Assembly: GCF_036321535.1 (NCBI RefSeq)
Contig: NC_087438.1
Span: 11,782,001 to 11,842,000, forward strand
DNA: 60,000 nt
Source of the DNA: Camelus dromedarius
Taxonomy: Eukaryota
Direction: 5' to 3'
The notes under the pieces were generated by a model. That model saw only the letters and a list, made by a program, of their open reading frames with translations. It ran no database searches and was not told the DNA's origin. Positions 35,020 through 48,626 of this stretch are shown piece after piece. Made by a program: the position numbers and the translations under genes. Position 1 is the stretch's first letter. Each line of letters opens with the position of its first letter.

Positions 35020-35865
35020 ATTCATATCTAGTCATTCTATGTCCTAAATGTGACTCCATCTCTTCCATTCCATCCCCTCCGCCACCGCTCTGGTTCTGAT
35101 CACCACCAACCTCTACCTGGTTTATGTCAATTGTCTTCTCACTCCTTTAGTCGACTTTTGTTTCCTTCCACTCTCTTGGCCATATTGCTGCAAGAGTGAT
35201 CCTTACAATAAATGCAAATATAGCCTTAAAACACTCAGTAGGCTCTCTACTGCCCTTCAAATATAGGACAGTCTCCTTAAAATGGTTTGCGAAGCCCTCA
35301 ACAATGGAACCTCATTTTAAACCTCTTCCCATCACACATTCTCTGCTCCAGTCGTACCAAGCTGGCTCCAGTTTCCTAATGTGATGTTCCTTCCCTCAAG
35401 TCCAAAACTCACCAGTGTTTTTCCCTTTGAGGAAGCATTCTCTCTCCCAATCCCCAGTTCACTCAATTCCTACTCACCCTTTAGACATCAGCTTAAATAT
35501 CTCTCTCTACCTTTCTTGGGGAGCTTCCCTTGACTCCACAACTTGGTTCTAACCCCTTGTTTTCTACTCACTTAATACCTTATACCTCCTGATACCCTTG
35601 TAATGGATATTCATCATACTAATTGTAGCAATCAATTTAATTTTTTTTTCTTTCCTGTAAGCTACAAGTTCAGGGAGATAAGGATAAGGTCTACCTTGCC
35701 CACCTGTGTCTGTAATGAGACCAAAAGCTCCATAAGTGTAGGAATTTCTTTTGTTTCAACTGTATCTGTATCGCCTAGAGCGGTTCTGATAATAGCATAC
35801 ATGAAATAAATTTTTGTTGAATAAATAAATGAAGAGTAGGCACTCAATACATATTTGTTAAAAAG
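35020..35865 (+). mobile_element. L2 3' region
   Basis: tcctactcaccctttagacatcagcttaaatatc..ctgtaagctaca..tttgttgaataaataaatgaa; second tail gcactcaatacatatttgtt. Confidence 0.75.
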
Positions 35866-35874
35866 AATCCATGG

Positions 35875-36020
35875 TCCTTCTGCTGTGTAAGGACACCGCG
35901 AGAAGGCACTTGATAAGAACTCGAAGGGGGCCTTTACCAGAATGGAACCATGCTGGTGCCTTGTTCTTGGACTTCCCAGCTTCCAGACTCTGAGCAATAA
36001 ATTTCTGTTGTTTATAAGAT
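35875..36020 (+). mobile_element. MLT1A/MST-like LTR, 3' part
   Basis: accatgctggtgccttg.tcttggacttcccagcttccagact.tgagcaataaatttctgttgtttataag. Confidence 0.8.
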
Positions 36021-37164
36021 TTTTTTTAAAAACAGAAAAACAATCCATGAAGGAAACTCAAGTCCACACAGAGTTTTGTTTTGTTTTGTTTTGTTTTTTT
36101 AAAAAAGGACCTCAAAGCAATCAAACCCTTAGGAAATATTTAAAAATCAGAATGGTGATTTATTTATTATTTAAGTCAGGAAGGATCTACGTCTGTTCTC
36201 TGCTCAGAGCCCTTCCTCCTAGTAAGCAAGTATGCTCAGAGATCAAGAGATGATTTCATGATGATAGAATTAATTTTAAGTGTTAAGTGTCCTAGGGACA
36301 CTGGACACACTGTGTTCCTTCTTTGGACACATTTCTAAGTGATGGAGGCGATGGCTGTGGGGCTGTAGGAGCTAGATCTGATCCAGATACATCCAAAGAG
36401 GTCAATACTGTTGTTCAGCACTGTTCAATATTGCTCCTCAATCCTTTGTTTATGGTCAGTGCATGAGCAACAATTTCCTCTTCTGGAAAACAGTGGGTTA
36501 AGCTATAGGCTCTCTAAAGTCTCTTTCAGACTTAGCATTCTTTCAAAATCATAGAAACTCAAAGCAAATAAAATCATGAGTTTCGCCACTAAAGAATCCA
36601 TTGATAACATTTCTGTGCATAATCAGAACTGAAAGTCCTAGAACCTGATTAAAGTTCTTCCTGTGTTTTCCTTATTATACTCTGGGAAGGTCACTGAGGG
36701 TACCTTAATTGGCCTAATTAGGAGTTAGAAGATCATTTTCAAAAGACAAAATACATAACCCCAACTTTCGGATTTGTGCATAGATTGTAATACTTCCTTT
36801 TTTCCAGAAAATTTGAAGGAAAAAAACCTCCCACTTTCCCCTAATTGCTTACAGCGTCAGCCTTTTTTGTCTCCTTGAAAACGCAAAGCTGACAGATGAC
36901 CTGGTCTACAAAAAGAGCTGGCCTCACGTGCTATAGCAAAGTGAATTTTTCACTTCTTAATATAATCAGATATCTAAAATTATAAGGGAAAGTGCTCCCC
37001 ATTACCACACAGGGAGACCAATTTGGTAATAAATAGAGTTCTCTATAACACCAGACTCCTGTAATACATGTCTGACCTTTCTTCCTTCTGCCGCTGCCCT
37101 GTCAACACGAACAATGGTCTGGGAATGGAGTCCGACCAAGGACGTCTGCCTGGAGTACTGAAGA

Positions 37165-37650
37165 AGAAGAACTTGGCTTAAATGAAAGGTAGAGAGATTT
37201 CAGTTGGACAGAGGGGAAACTCGATCTTGGCTATGATAAGACCCTGAAATAAGCCAATCAGAAGTTATGAAGTTTCACAAATGAACTACTTATTTTTTAT
37301 AACTTAGATGATTGATTTCTTGAATATGTGTAAGTACATGAGACTGTCCTTTATGATTGGATTACTGCATTCTGTTGACTCTTATTTTGTGGTTGGCTTT
37401 ATTCCTTTGACATAACTATGTAAGTTTAAAAAGCTAAAGCTCTAATTTGTTCTTAGAAACAATGATCAGTACATATATGTAAACTAAAAAAATTATGGTA
37501 TATTGTATATATGTAGTTACATGCAATAGAATGTTTATGCGCAGTTGAACTGTAATAATTCTACCTAATAAAACTGGAAAAGTAAAAAAAAAAAAAAAAA
37601 AGAAGTTACTGAAGTTTCTATCCTTGAGGAATTTTCTATAAAAGCTAAAA
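37165..37650 (+). mobile_element. L3/CR1-like 3' fragment interrupted by a retrocopy
   Basis: ggtagagagatttcagttgga..gaaact..gaagttatgaagtttc|tatccttgagga. Confidence 0.4.
37277..37600 (+). pseudogene. 5'-truncated processed retrocopy of an unidentified polyadenylated RNA (3' UTR-like)
   Basis: AATAAA 37567-37572, poly(A) 37584-37601, TSD agaagtta(c)tgaagtttc at 37260-37276 and 37601-37618; body not recognised as any TE. Confidence 0.75.
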
Positions 37651-38204
37651 ATTTTTCTGTCTGTGGTCCTTCATTTGTTCATTCATTCATTCTTTCAATA
37701 GAAATGATTGATTACCTAATGACCAATTATCTAAATAAGCACAGAGCATATTTCTCAGCCAAAAGGCAGGACTCAGGACCATGTGGTCTCTCTAGGTTTG
37801 TGATATTTCTCAGATGTGATGATACATGTGTGATTATGCCCACGGAGAGCACGTGGAGATACCCACAGAGACGTTTTTACGGACGGAGACTAAGCCCGTT
37901 GCTGTCAGATATGGCTCTCTGTGATTAAGAAATATTTGAGAAAGGAGGGTAAATTTGTAAATTACTTCAGATGGGAAAATGGAAAATGAGCTCTCCGTTA
38001 CCAACGTTATCCCCAAACTGATGACCATCTGTCAGCTAGGCGCTAGAAGAAAGCCCCATATATTGTTTAAAGAGAAGACCTCTAAAGGGTGTCTTCTATG
38101 GAAACAGCATGGTTGGCCAAATTGTGGAATAGCAGTGTTCATTTTTCAATGTTCACTGACCCCCTGAGAGACAGAAAGTGAGTCAAGGCCATTGCTATGT
38201 GCGT

Positions 38205-38205
<1 letters not shown>

Positions 38206-38261
<56 letters not shown>

Positions 38262-38275
38262 CTCTCTCTCTCTCT
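38206..38275. repeat. (CA)n plus (CT)n compound microsatellite
   Basis: Uninterrupted CA run 38206-38257 followed by tctctctc. Confidence 0.95.
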
Positions 38276-39532
38276 TTCAGGAAAGAACTAAGCTCAATTC
38301 CAAAGTACTAGTTTGATTTCTATTTTTTTAATTGTGAGAAGTTGCGCCAAATTGATGTTTAAGCATCGTGAAAAGGAGATACAAGAAAACAACCAAGGGC
38401 AGGATTCAACACCCTATACTGCACAGGCAGGAGCTAATCAGAATGGGTTGGAACAGGGTCCCAGTAGCCATTTACTATGCCGGATGTTGGCCTTTATTTA
38501 CTGGATCTGAAGACTTCTAGGGTTATCCCATAGGAGAGTCAGAAAAAATGGGGACAGGACAGCTTAAAGGGAGCCTTTGAAACAGTGGCTATTTATCAAC
38601 TGGTTTAGAAATATTTTCCTATTTTAACAAGCAGCCCCAACATACTAGGGGCCCACAGATTGACGATTAGTCCTGGAACAGCCACTAGTGTGAATTCAGA
38701 AGCTGCCTATCCCACCACACCAACCCTCCTCCTTGATGGAGAAGTCTAAGGCAAGGAAAAGAGGAAAAGAGAGGTGTAATCCATCCTGACTTATCTAGAC
38801 TCTCCTCTTTTGTGTGGCACAGCCATTAATAAATGCGGGAAAGACTGGCTGGGTTTCACAACATACAAGGGAAGATCCGGCTGGAGGGTCATACACAAAG
38901 AGGATTTCAATGACTCCACATCGGACAGAAGAAACTGGGAGTCAATGCCCCACAGGAGTTTGTTTTGAGACCAGTTTTATTTGACTTTGTACAATAATGC
39001 CTACAATAATCAGCACCTCGATGGAGGCTGGGGGAAAAAAAGAGGTCTAATTAGAGGTTAAGGAAAGTGTGAATTAGGAGTTGTGGGCAAATGTCAACTT
39101 TTGAAAGACCAGCACAATTTCAAGTATCATTGGCCTCCTAGAAAAAGGCAAGAAAGAAAGAAATTTCACACGGTAGAGCCCTGAGGTTAGGTAGGAACAT
39201 AAGGACACAAGCAGGAGGTGATGCTGACAACTCGTGTGTAGCTAATATATTGATGCCTGTCATTCCTTTCACACCAGCTTCATCTATTCATTTATCTACT
39301 CAAAATATACTGAACCCCTACCATTCAACCCTTTAAATAAACTTGTTAAAGTTTTCCTTGAGTTGAAAAGCACCTTATCCATGCTCACTTTAATATAGAA
39401 ATAATCAGTTGATTCTCCTCAAAGCAGAAATCATGTGATAGCCTCCTATAAAATGAATTTTAATTACAGAGCTAACAATAAATCCATTCCTTTTTGAAAA
39501 AGGAAAAATGGTATACACTAAACTAAAAGTTG

Positions 39533-39660
39533 AATGACCGTCTAATTTATTATCTAAACCAGAACACTCTTGAGTGTGAATGGAAGTGCATTTAATTGTT
39601 ACACTGGGACACTGGCTCTAAACTGAGACCCACCAGACTAGTTGGGACATTGGGTCACCA
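39533..39660. mobile_element. MER94-like hAT-Blackjack element
   Basis: tgaccgtctaatttattatctaaaccagaacactcttgag..gggacattgggtcacc (tgacc/ggtca termini). Confidence 0.7.
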
Positions 39661-40944
39661 TACAAATAAGAACTCTAAGTAAAGCACCTTGAGAAAACCC
39701 TGCTGGGTCTTCCCCCAAAGAAGCTGGATCTTCCACCTTCTTCAAAGGCAACTACTGTTATGATTCGAGAAAAGCAACAACTTGAAAGCCTTTGAAGTTT
39801 ATAAAATAACTGCTAGAAAGTCAGACAACTTTTGCAGAGCCAAGGAAGGTGAAGTTAGATAAGGAAAACAGGAGTGAAAGTCTTTCCCAGAACATGACAC
39901 CTCTTCAGCTCACAGTTCGACCTGGGAGATCACTTCTCTGTTGCCCACTCCCATAATTCTCACTTGGAAACACTTCCTTCCAACGCATCTTAACTCTGCT
40001 GGGCAATGTCTCAGCAGTTGGTCTTAAGAGATATTGGCCAAAGAGATCCAGCTTACTATGGGCAGTCTCTCAGAAACCTTTGGTCAATTCTTTTTCTGCT
40101 TTACAAGGCCTTGAAGGGCTCTTATTTTCATTTTTGGAAATCAGTCACTCAAGAAAACTCCCCATCAATACTGTATTTCCATCTGCGGTTGATGCAGAGA
40201 CGCACTTAAATTAGGGGGAAAATTATTGCCAACTTCTGATGGTCTAAAGAGAGCTGATAATGTGCATTCAATACCCCAGAAGTGAAAGTCACTGGGGAAA
40301 TCTGATTTCCATCCTTCATTCATTGCTCCCATTGGCAGGAGAGACACTTCATACCAGTGAGGAGGTCAGGAGACAGAGCTGAGCAAGGTCGGGTTCAGTC
40401 CCTCCAGGGAGTCATGGCCCCCTGCACATCAGACATTCTGTTCGGCCAAAGGAAAGGAGCTCACCTGTTGTCTGAGCTGGGCCAGGGACAGCTGGACAAA
40501 GGTTTTTGAACTCAGCAGGAGTATTACTAAGTCTATTTGGCTCACATTTAAAGCCATGCCATGTTTCCCCAGCAACTTAATCAATAGTAAAGCCAACTTC
40601 CTTTTTATGCCCCATCTGTCTGTATTCCCTGGCCTTTCTCTCTCCAAAATGTGGAGAGAAAGATGAGTGTCATGTACTGGTCTTCCAAAGTCCCACATGT
40701 AGCTCTGACTGGTGAGGTTTCATAACAACTCTTCATCGTGACCACCATGTCGAGCAGAGGCAATGCAGGTCCCGATCCACATATACTGTTTTCCCTTGTA
40801 CCTCTGTGCCTAATAGCACACATTTGCTCGCAGTTCCCCAGGATCAGCTGTGAGGTGCAGGTTTCCAGGATAGAGTCTCCTCCATTAATAGCCATAGAGA
40901 GTGGAAGCTTGTCATCCTGAAATTAGTAGCATCACACCCTACTG

Positions 40945-41095
40945 CAGTAGATCTTAACTTTCTTAAAATCATAGACTATTTAGATTATCATGTAGATACG
41001 AAATGTCACCCTAGGAAGATGCACATATTCAAAAATTTTGGCATCTAATTTCACCAGCTTCCTGAAGCCCCTGTACCAACGGTTACAAATCCTGC
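40945..41095. mobile_element. MER103-like hAT-Charlie element
   Basis: cagtagatcttaact..gatgcacat..aaaattttggcat..aatttca..gaagcccc..ggttacaaatcctg. Confidence 0.55.
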
Positions 41096-41874
41096 AGCCT
41101 GCTCAGATGAGTGCATGACCCAACTGTCTCACTTCTAACTGGCTGGCAGAGAAGGTGAGAATCTTAGGTGCTGAGGTACGAGGGGACATTTGAGCTACTC
41201 AGAGCCAACTTCTCATTTTAGACTCCAAGAAACAGACCTAGAATAAGGTTGTTTTAGGTTGTAACAAGCAAATCCCTTTAAGCTCCTTAATATTTCAAGT
41301 GCATGAGGCCTGTTTTCCCTTGCGCAGCAACGTGAAAGTCTTTTCATCCCAAAGCTCTATTTCCTCTGTACTAACTTATTCTCGATGTGGAAAATCAAGG
41401 GACCAAGAAGAAGTTCCTTCTGCTTCTGGAACAATTAAACTATCCTCATGAGCATAGCTGATGTAGGTTGGTGTTTGGAAACCAAATGCAAATAGCTTGA
41501 AAAAAAATGTATTGAACACAGTTTCAGGGCCCAACAGAAGCTCAATGTTTGATCATTATCTGGCAATGGAAGGGCTACATTAAAAAACAAAGCCCACTGT
41601 TGTTTGTGTTTATTATAACTACATATTTTATGCAAACATATCATGATATGAAAATCAATGACAGCCCTGAGGCTCTGGGCAAGTAGCCAAAGTGACTGTA
41701 AGCCACAGAGCCCAGGCATCTCTGTCATGTAGCTCCAAACACCTACAAGAGCATCAAATCACCTTGTCGTGTGTTTCCCTGCTTTGGTCAGCCCGACTTA
41801 AGGCCTTCCTAATTTTTCATTAGTTCTTCCTTCTTCTGTGACCATAGAAATTGTTCCTTCCTTCTGGGATCTCT

Positions 41875-42090
41875 TGACTTTGTCACTCTTGGCGTGTGGG
41901 ACCGGATCCATTTTTGCTGGGGGGAGTAATCCTGTGCATTCTGGCTTATTTAACAGCATCTTGGTCTCTACTCACTGGAAACTAATGGCACCCCTGCCTC
42001 CCCAGCTGTGACAACCAAACTGTCTCCAGATATCACCTAATGTCCCCTGAGAGGCAAAATTATCCTAGCCCCCAAGCTGAGAGCCACTGC
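41875..42090 (-). mobile_element. MER20 hAT-Charlie element
   Basis: tcctgtgcatt..cagcatc..ctctactcact..tgtgacaaccaaa.tgtctccaga..tgtcccctg..gagagccactg. Confidence 0.85.
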
Positions 42091-44349
42091 TTTAAAGAAA
42101 TCTGTTGAAATCAAGAAGGCAAGTCAAATTGAAATTTAAGGGAGAGCTGAGAGTTGAAAGGCCCTAAGACGTCTCTTTCTCCTGGTAGGAGGCTGCTGGT
42201 TTTCTTCCCAAAGATTTTTCTGAACCCAGGAGGCCTCTCCAGATGCAGTTCCCTGGGAATTCTTCCTCCTGACCCTCCAGCCTCCTCTGCTTTGCTTCAG
42301 GACCATTTCCTCTCCCAGTATACGGTGCCATCCTCGGCAGTTCTAATCTGTTCTGTAATAGAAGCACTCTGCGCTTGCGGGGAACACCAGATTTATTTCA
42401 TTCAGACAAATAATCAATGCCGGGGCTTCTTAATGAAAGGAGATGGGGCGACTGGGAAGAGAGTGGGGAAGTGGCTTAGGGAAACGTGCCTGGCCCATGT
42501 CGCTTTACCCGATGAGCAGAGTGTTTGGCCCAGCGACTCTAGAAAGGACTCTGCAAAGTTGGGCATTTTCGAGTAGCCCCCAGGATGCTGACCTTTAGCC
42601 ATAGAATCAGAACCCAGCCAAATGGAACATGGGGAAGAAGTTTCCAGTGTACCTGTCCGTGAGTTACCCTCATCCAAATTCCCTCCATCTTGCTAATTAA
42701 TGGCAGAGCTCCATCCGACTCCAGAGCCAAAACGCAATAATGTAGCTCATTAAGTGCCACAAGGGAGTATTTCGGAAACATGCAAAAGGAACAACTCCTT
42801 TATTTCCTCTCCCCAGAGTCTTATTTCCACTCTAAGGTTTTCTCCGTTTCTTCTGGTTTGAACAACTAAAAATTGGCTTGAACAATAACTCCCCACTCTA
42901 ATTCATCTCTGAGCTAGTTTTTTTTTTTTTTTACCTTTTATGTTTCACGAAGTGCATGTGACTCAGTTTCAATTCCGAATTCCATATGAGCAAAGTGAAT
43001 TCATATTTTTCATCTCCAATTAAATAATTCATTTCTCTAATTCTAAAGCAACCAGTTCAAATACTGAGTTGACAGCAACTCATCTAGGGTATTCATGGGA
43101 AACTCAGCTTTCTTTCTCCCTCCTCCCTTCTGATGTCGGCTTCTCAACTTTGGTGGCAGTCTTAGAGCATGTAGAGCAGCAGAATCAATACCTCATTAAG
43201 TTATTTCAAATCGGCGAACTACAGCTGCTTCAGCCCAGGAGCATGAAGTCTGCTTTCATCAATAGAATCTCAGGTTCTGTCTACACAAAGACAAAACAAT
43301 TGGATAATTTAGTCAATTCTTTTTTAAAAAAAAAAAAGTCCAGTGGGCTGTTTGGTATTGGGTGAGCCAAACAATAATTTCCCTGTTATTTTTGTCACAT
43401 GCACAGCCCACAGGACTGACAGAGACAGTCATGATGCTCCAAGTCATTTCATTGAGTTCACGTAAGACTGTAAGCCGAAGAATGCCTATTCTGTCCTTAA
43501 ATGCTACCAAGAAAAATCCCCGGCCAATCGCCAATGAGCATGTGCCTTTCTTATCTGAAATGACCTAAGTATGAGGGGGACTGGAGATGATTCAGGGAAA
43601 ACTGAGCACTTACTATGAATAAAGCCCAAAGGTAGAGAAATGTTTAAAAGATTATAAGACATGAATCCTACCTTCAAACGGCTTATGGTCGAGGTAGGGA
43701 ACCAAGACTGGCATATGTGGGGAAAAAAAAACTTACCAACAATCCAGGGCAGAATACAACTTATTGGTCTACAGTGTGGATTAGGGGCTAATGTTGGAGA
43801 AGCACCAAAGACAAGCAAATCGTCAGTTAAGATCTTGTGACATTTAAAAAGAACAAAGCAAAACAAAACTTGTTAGTTAATCAAGCCTATACCTAAATTC
43901 CAAATTGATTATATATGCTATAGCCAAAGAAGTATTCTTCAATAATAGAAAAATATGTGGACTTTGCAAGCAAATTAGCCTGTGTTGCAAATCAAATGTA
44001 TGCACCTAAGAGTAGATGTTATCCAGAGACAGATATGGACTCACAACTATGAAATCATTCACAAACCAACCTGGCAAGATCTGACTACTTCTGGTAGGTG
44101 AACAGCTCCAAATAGTGAATTTCAACTTTTTTAGAACAAAATCAAGTTACTGTTTACCTTCAACACCAGCCAAAGGACAGAGCGAAGACTGGAAGCCTTT
44201 AGCTACAGAGCCCAACAGCCTCGCTCAGGATTGCAGGTGCCCTTGGCAAGCACTGCCCTTTATACTCCTCCTCTATTTTCTATTCCTTTTCCAATGCTAA
44301 TATGTCTTCTTGACTTATTTTCCTTCTCTTTCAATTACTTTTAAGTAGT

Positions 44350-45175
44350 CTTTGTATTGAAGCAAACATACATTCAGGAAAGGTATACAGATACCAACAT
44401 ATAACTCAGTTAATTTTCGTATGTAAAGTGAACACAACGTGTAATCAAAACCCATATCAAGAAACAGCATTGCCAGCAGCAGGAAAACCCTTTTGCACCC
44501 CCCTCCCAGTCGCTGCCATGACTTCTAAGAACAGAGATTAGTTTTGCTGGGTTTTTAACTTTATATGAATGGAATCATATGGCATGCATGGCTTCCTTGG
44601 TTCAAAATTATGTTTGTGAAATGTATCTATGTAGCTGTGTGTAGTGGGTGTTTACACATCCACATTGCTCTTTAGTATCCTGTTATGTGAATACACCACG
44701 GTTTATGTATCCATTCTACTGCTGATGAGTATTTGGACTGTTTCCAGTTTGGGGTTATTACAAGGAGTGATGCTATAAATATTCTTGGTTTTAGTAGTTC
44801 AGTTTTAGTAGATATAGTTAAAGAGTTTTCCAGGGTGGTTGTACCAACTTGCCCTTCCAAAAGCAGTCTATGAGAATTCTAGTTTCTCCATATCTTCACC
44901 ACCACTCAGTTTGTCAATCTTTTTCATCATATCCATTCTTGTGGGTATACAATGGCATCTTCTGGTTTTAATTTGCATATTTCTGAGGAACAATGGTGTT
45001 TGACCATTATTTCATATATTTGTGGGAGATTTGCATATGTTATTTGCAAAATACCTATTCAAGCCTTCTATTTCTCATCTGTCTTTTTTCTTACTGATTT
45101 TTAAGAGTTTTCTATATATTTTGTTGGAAATATCTTCTCCCATGATGTGGCCTGGTTTTTTTCCTATCTGAATGG
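44350..45175 (-). mobile_element. Old L1 (L1MD/ME-like) 3' region
   Basis: ttatatgaatggaatcata; tttggactgtttccagtttgggg; ggttttaatttgcat. Confidence 0.8.
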
Positions 45176-45189
45176 TAAGTACTTCCAGA

Positions 45190-45647
45190 GTTAGTTAATT
45201 TAGTAGCTCACCAGTGTCAACTTTTCTGTAGGTCTCCTGACTTTTCCTCCATGGTTTCAATACAACTGCCACAGTGCCAACCAGCACATCTTTTCATCAC
45301 AATATTTTTGTAAAACAGGAAGAAAGAAGGAAGAAGGTTTCTTCTTACATGTCTATTTCTTTTTATCTGGGAAGAAAATCTTTCCCAGAATATCCTTCAT
45401 TCCTTCCACAACAGACTTCACAGGTTTCACGAACCAGATTTCAGTCACATGTCAACACCTAAACCAATCACTGTCAAAGAGGAATGGGGCTGCTGTGACT
45501 GGCTTGGAACAATCACGATTCATCTCAGGAGAAAGGGGTTTACAAACCATCACTGACAGCTTCCTGAACCAAACTGGTATTCTGTTAGCAAGGAGGAAGG
45601 AAGAAGGGAAATTGACTTTTGGCTAGGAACCAGCCACATCTACCACA
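45190..45647 (-). mobile_element. MLT1K/L-like LTR
   Basis: gtcacatg..cacctaaaccaatcactg.caaag.ggaatggg..ctggctt; ttctgttagcaaggaggaagg..ctaccaca. Confidence 0.7.
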
Positions 45648-46069
45648 GTCACCAAGTGAACTTCAACGGAAATTTGAGGGAAAAATAAGATAAAAAAATA
45701 GATATTTAAAACAGTAAATTGAGTTTCATTTTAATTTTAATTTTAATTAAAAAACATAATAGGGTGTTCAGGTATTTATTTATAGTTAAATAAGAATAAC
45801 AAGGATTTCAGCCTAGAAATAAACCTATATCCCAAGCTGTCTCTGACATACGAAGAACGGATTTAGGTTACTTTGGAAATATTTGTATAAACAGACAAAT
45901 ACAATCACAGAGATATTGGCAGGTCTTGGTATGATTTCATCATCATGATGGAAATAATTACCCAATTAATCGTAAATTTTTAGATGATAAATTATTTGGG
46001 AATAACAGTTGTGTCTGTATTAACCACAACACTGTACAATTACAGCCAATTTGACATTAAACAGAGATC

Positions 46070-46170
46070 TGATGTATAGTGTCTCATCTGAACGCCTTAA
46101 CAACTCTGTCATGTAGACAAGGGAAATCCTATTCTCTCCATATTTGTAGATGAGGAAATTAAGAGGAATT
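46070..46170 (-). mobile_element. MIR fragment
   Basis: caactctgt..attctctccatatttgtagatgaggaaa. Confidence 0.6.
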
Positions 46171-46484
46171 AGTAAGGAGAAATTAAGAAATTCACTAAAA
46201 TTAATTAAAAAATTAAGAGAATGCATTATCTGGGAGCACAAAGCTGATTCACACAGTTGACTAGAACTCTCTTGCTTATGAGACAACCTATCTATCTATT
46301 GCATCCATCCATTTATCAATTCACCTATTAATTCACCTATTGATAAATGTAGTAACTAAAGTTTATTAATGATGAGCAAACAAATGCCATGTACTTATGT
46401 TCAAATTTATAAGCTAAGGATTTTTATATTTAACTGATGGCTACTTTCTCTGGGGGAGGAAAGAGAGAGGACTTTCAACTCTTC

Positions 46485-46722
46485 ATTCACTTCATTGTTT
46501 ACTGGATCTAACATCCTAGAAAAGATATCTTGAAGGTTAGCCCTCCAGCATAGTGTGCCTGCAGTGTGCCGTGTAATTTCCAGGACCTGTAAGTAATAAA
46601 ATTTTCTTTTTCAAATTTCCCTGATGGTTATTGCTAAGGGCATCTTTCAATCATAATAAAAACCACAAGGGCCAGTCTAGCTACAACATTCGTTATCAAT
46701 GGGCTGAAACCCACATACAACA
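46485..46722 (+). mobile_element. Probable ERV LTR 3' fragment, family unresolved
   Basis: ggacctgtaagtaataaaattttc U5-like segment ending ..aca. Confidence 0.35.
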
Positions 46723-46984
46723 AATGGGTTTGCTCATGTTTATAGACTGAAGAAAAAAAGTCAACGAGAGTAAGAGACTGAAGATCGAGAAAGAAGAGGT
46801 GTAAGAGAATAAGGTCAAGTATCAGGGTGGAAAACAGAAACTTGTTAAGAAGCGCACCTAATTCTGGGACTGAATGACTAATGCAAGGATGAGATGGAGA
46901 AAATTATAGATGAGCAAGAGACTGGGAAGATAGTAAAGTACATGTCAATGATTTTTGTTTTGGGGTGCATAATAACAATATGAT

Positions 46985-47190
46985 AATAATAAAATTGATA
47001 AACATAAACATCCTTGGTGCCACTACATGCAAGACATTTTGCTAAGCATTTTACCTGAATTACCTCATTGGATCCCTTTAACAACGCTGTGAAGTGGATA
47101 CTATCATTGTTATGTTTATTTTGCAGATGTGGAAACTGGGGTTTGGGCAGGATTAACTTACCCAAGATCACATGGCTGGTACAGAGCTAC
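46985..47190 (-). mobile_element. MIR
   Basis: gctaagcatttta..acaacgctgtgaag..ttttgcagatgtggaaactgg..taacttacccaagatcacatggct. Confidence 0.85.
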
Positions 47191-48444
47191 TGGCCCAATG
47201 ATCAGCACAGCACTGACATTCTGTGGCCACTGGTTCCATCTCTTAGCTTGAGAGAGAACATGAGGACCAGGGTTTGGATGCCTTCCTCATTAGTACTGGG
47301 CAAATATGTGCATCCTCACCTGGGCAAGGATGCTAAATGACAAATACTCTAAGCATATTTTAAAATATATATATTCCATTTGTTAACAAGCATAACATGA
47401 AATTTTCTCAGTTTACATAAGCTTTAATCCTAGTCTTCTATTTTCTAAGCTGATCATTCTTAACATATTTTTCCAGTTGAACTGGTGCTTAAAAGAGTCA
47501 ATTTTTACATTCTCTTTTGAAAATTAAAGTAGCTGTTTCAGCAGCAAATCAGGAGACTCAGCATTTCAACTGAAATGTTCAATATCTTTCCATTAATTAT
47601 CTCTCCTTGAATAAGAAATGCAAATTAAATGAGTCAGTTTTACCCAAACCCAATAAAGTCTTGATATTCTAAAGCAGCATACATCAAAGACACAGATGAT
47701 ACTTCCGGGGCACCATTGTTGCATGACAACCTTTTCTTTGTGGTCCAAAAGAATGATATGTTACAATCTTCTATAGTCTTCTTTATAGGTTCAAGTGACC
47801 TAGAGAATTGGATGAGGAAGTTAAGGAGGTAGAAATACCTTCCTTAGTTAGGGTTGCATGAGATCACCAGGAAGAGTATGTTAGTTTTATGTGGGTGAGT
47901 GGGTTTGGGTGTCTCCAACTGCCTATTAAAATGCTACCCCTCCCTACTTTGGCTTCATGCCTTGTGCAAGGTGGATGCCAAAAAACTGGATCCACAAAGG
48001 AGTGGAAGAAGGCATATGTGAATACCGTCAGGGCCTGACCTCCCTGCCAGTACATACAGAATCCAAATAAGTTACTGAAAATCTGATTTGTATCTTTCAA
48101 TTTAAAAAATTATCACACTGTTTTTTATATCATAATCATCATGACCTACCAACCTCCTCTAAAATCCTGGAAGCTTTTACTTTTTCACTGCAGCTGCCCA
48201 GAGCATTGCATCACATGGGCTTCACAGTAGACACTCAATAAACAAATAGAATTATATTGAAAATATCAGTTATAGAGACTAGGAAGAAAAATTTTAGGGT
48301 ATGGTGAGTAATATTTTCAGTATCCTCTGATCTAAAATAGTTTTCTTACTAAATTTATATATATTTCTTAATGGAATACACTGATATTTTGGCTCAGACT
48401 TGAGAAATTATTATTTTCCCATTATTGATAAGGAAGATACTGCT

Positions 48445-48626
48445 GTTCTAGAAGTTTTACCCTTTTTTTTTTTGTGCCATGAATCCCTTTGACAGTCCAA
48501 TGAAATCTATATTCATAATTAAAGTAAAAGCTCAACTTCAGTTAGAGTTTAGGAAAATCAAAAAGTTAATTTTTCCCATTCACGTTGAATGCTATGGCAC
48601 GTGGACACCAGGTAACGAAGGCCTGA
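48445..48626. mobile_element. hAT-Charlie-like non-autonomous element
   Basis: tttgtgccatgaatccctttgacagtc..aacttcagttagag..tggacaccaggt. Confidence 0.55.

Noticed and set aside
42917..42932. Poly(T) run as a retrocopy tail (also A runs at ~6627, ~52830, ~59663)
   Set aside because: No flanking target-site duplication or properly placed poly(A) signal found
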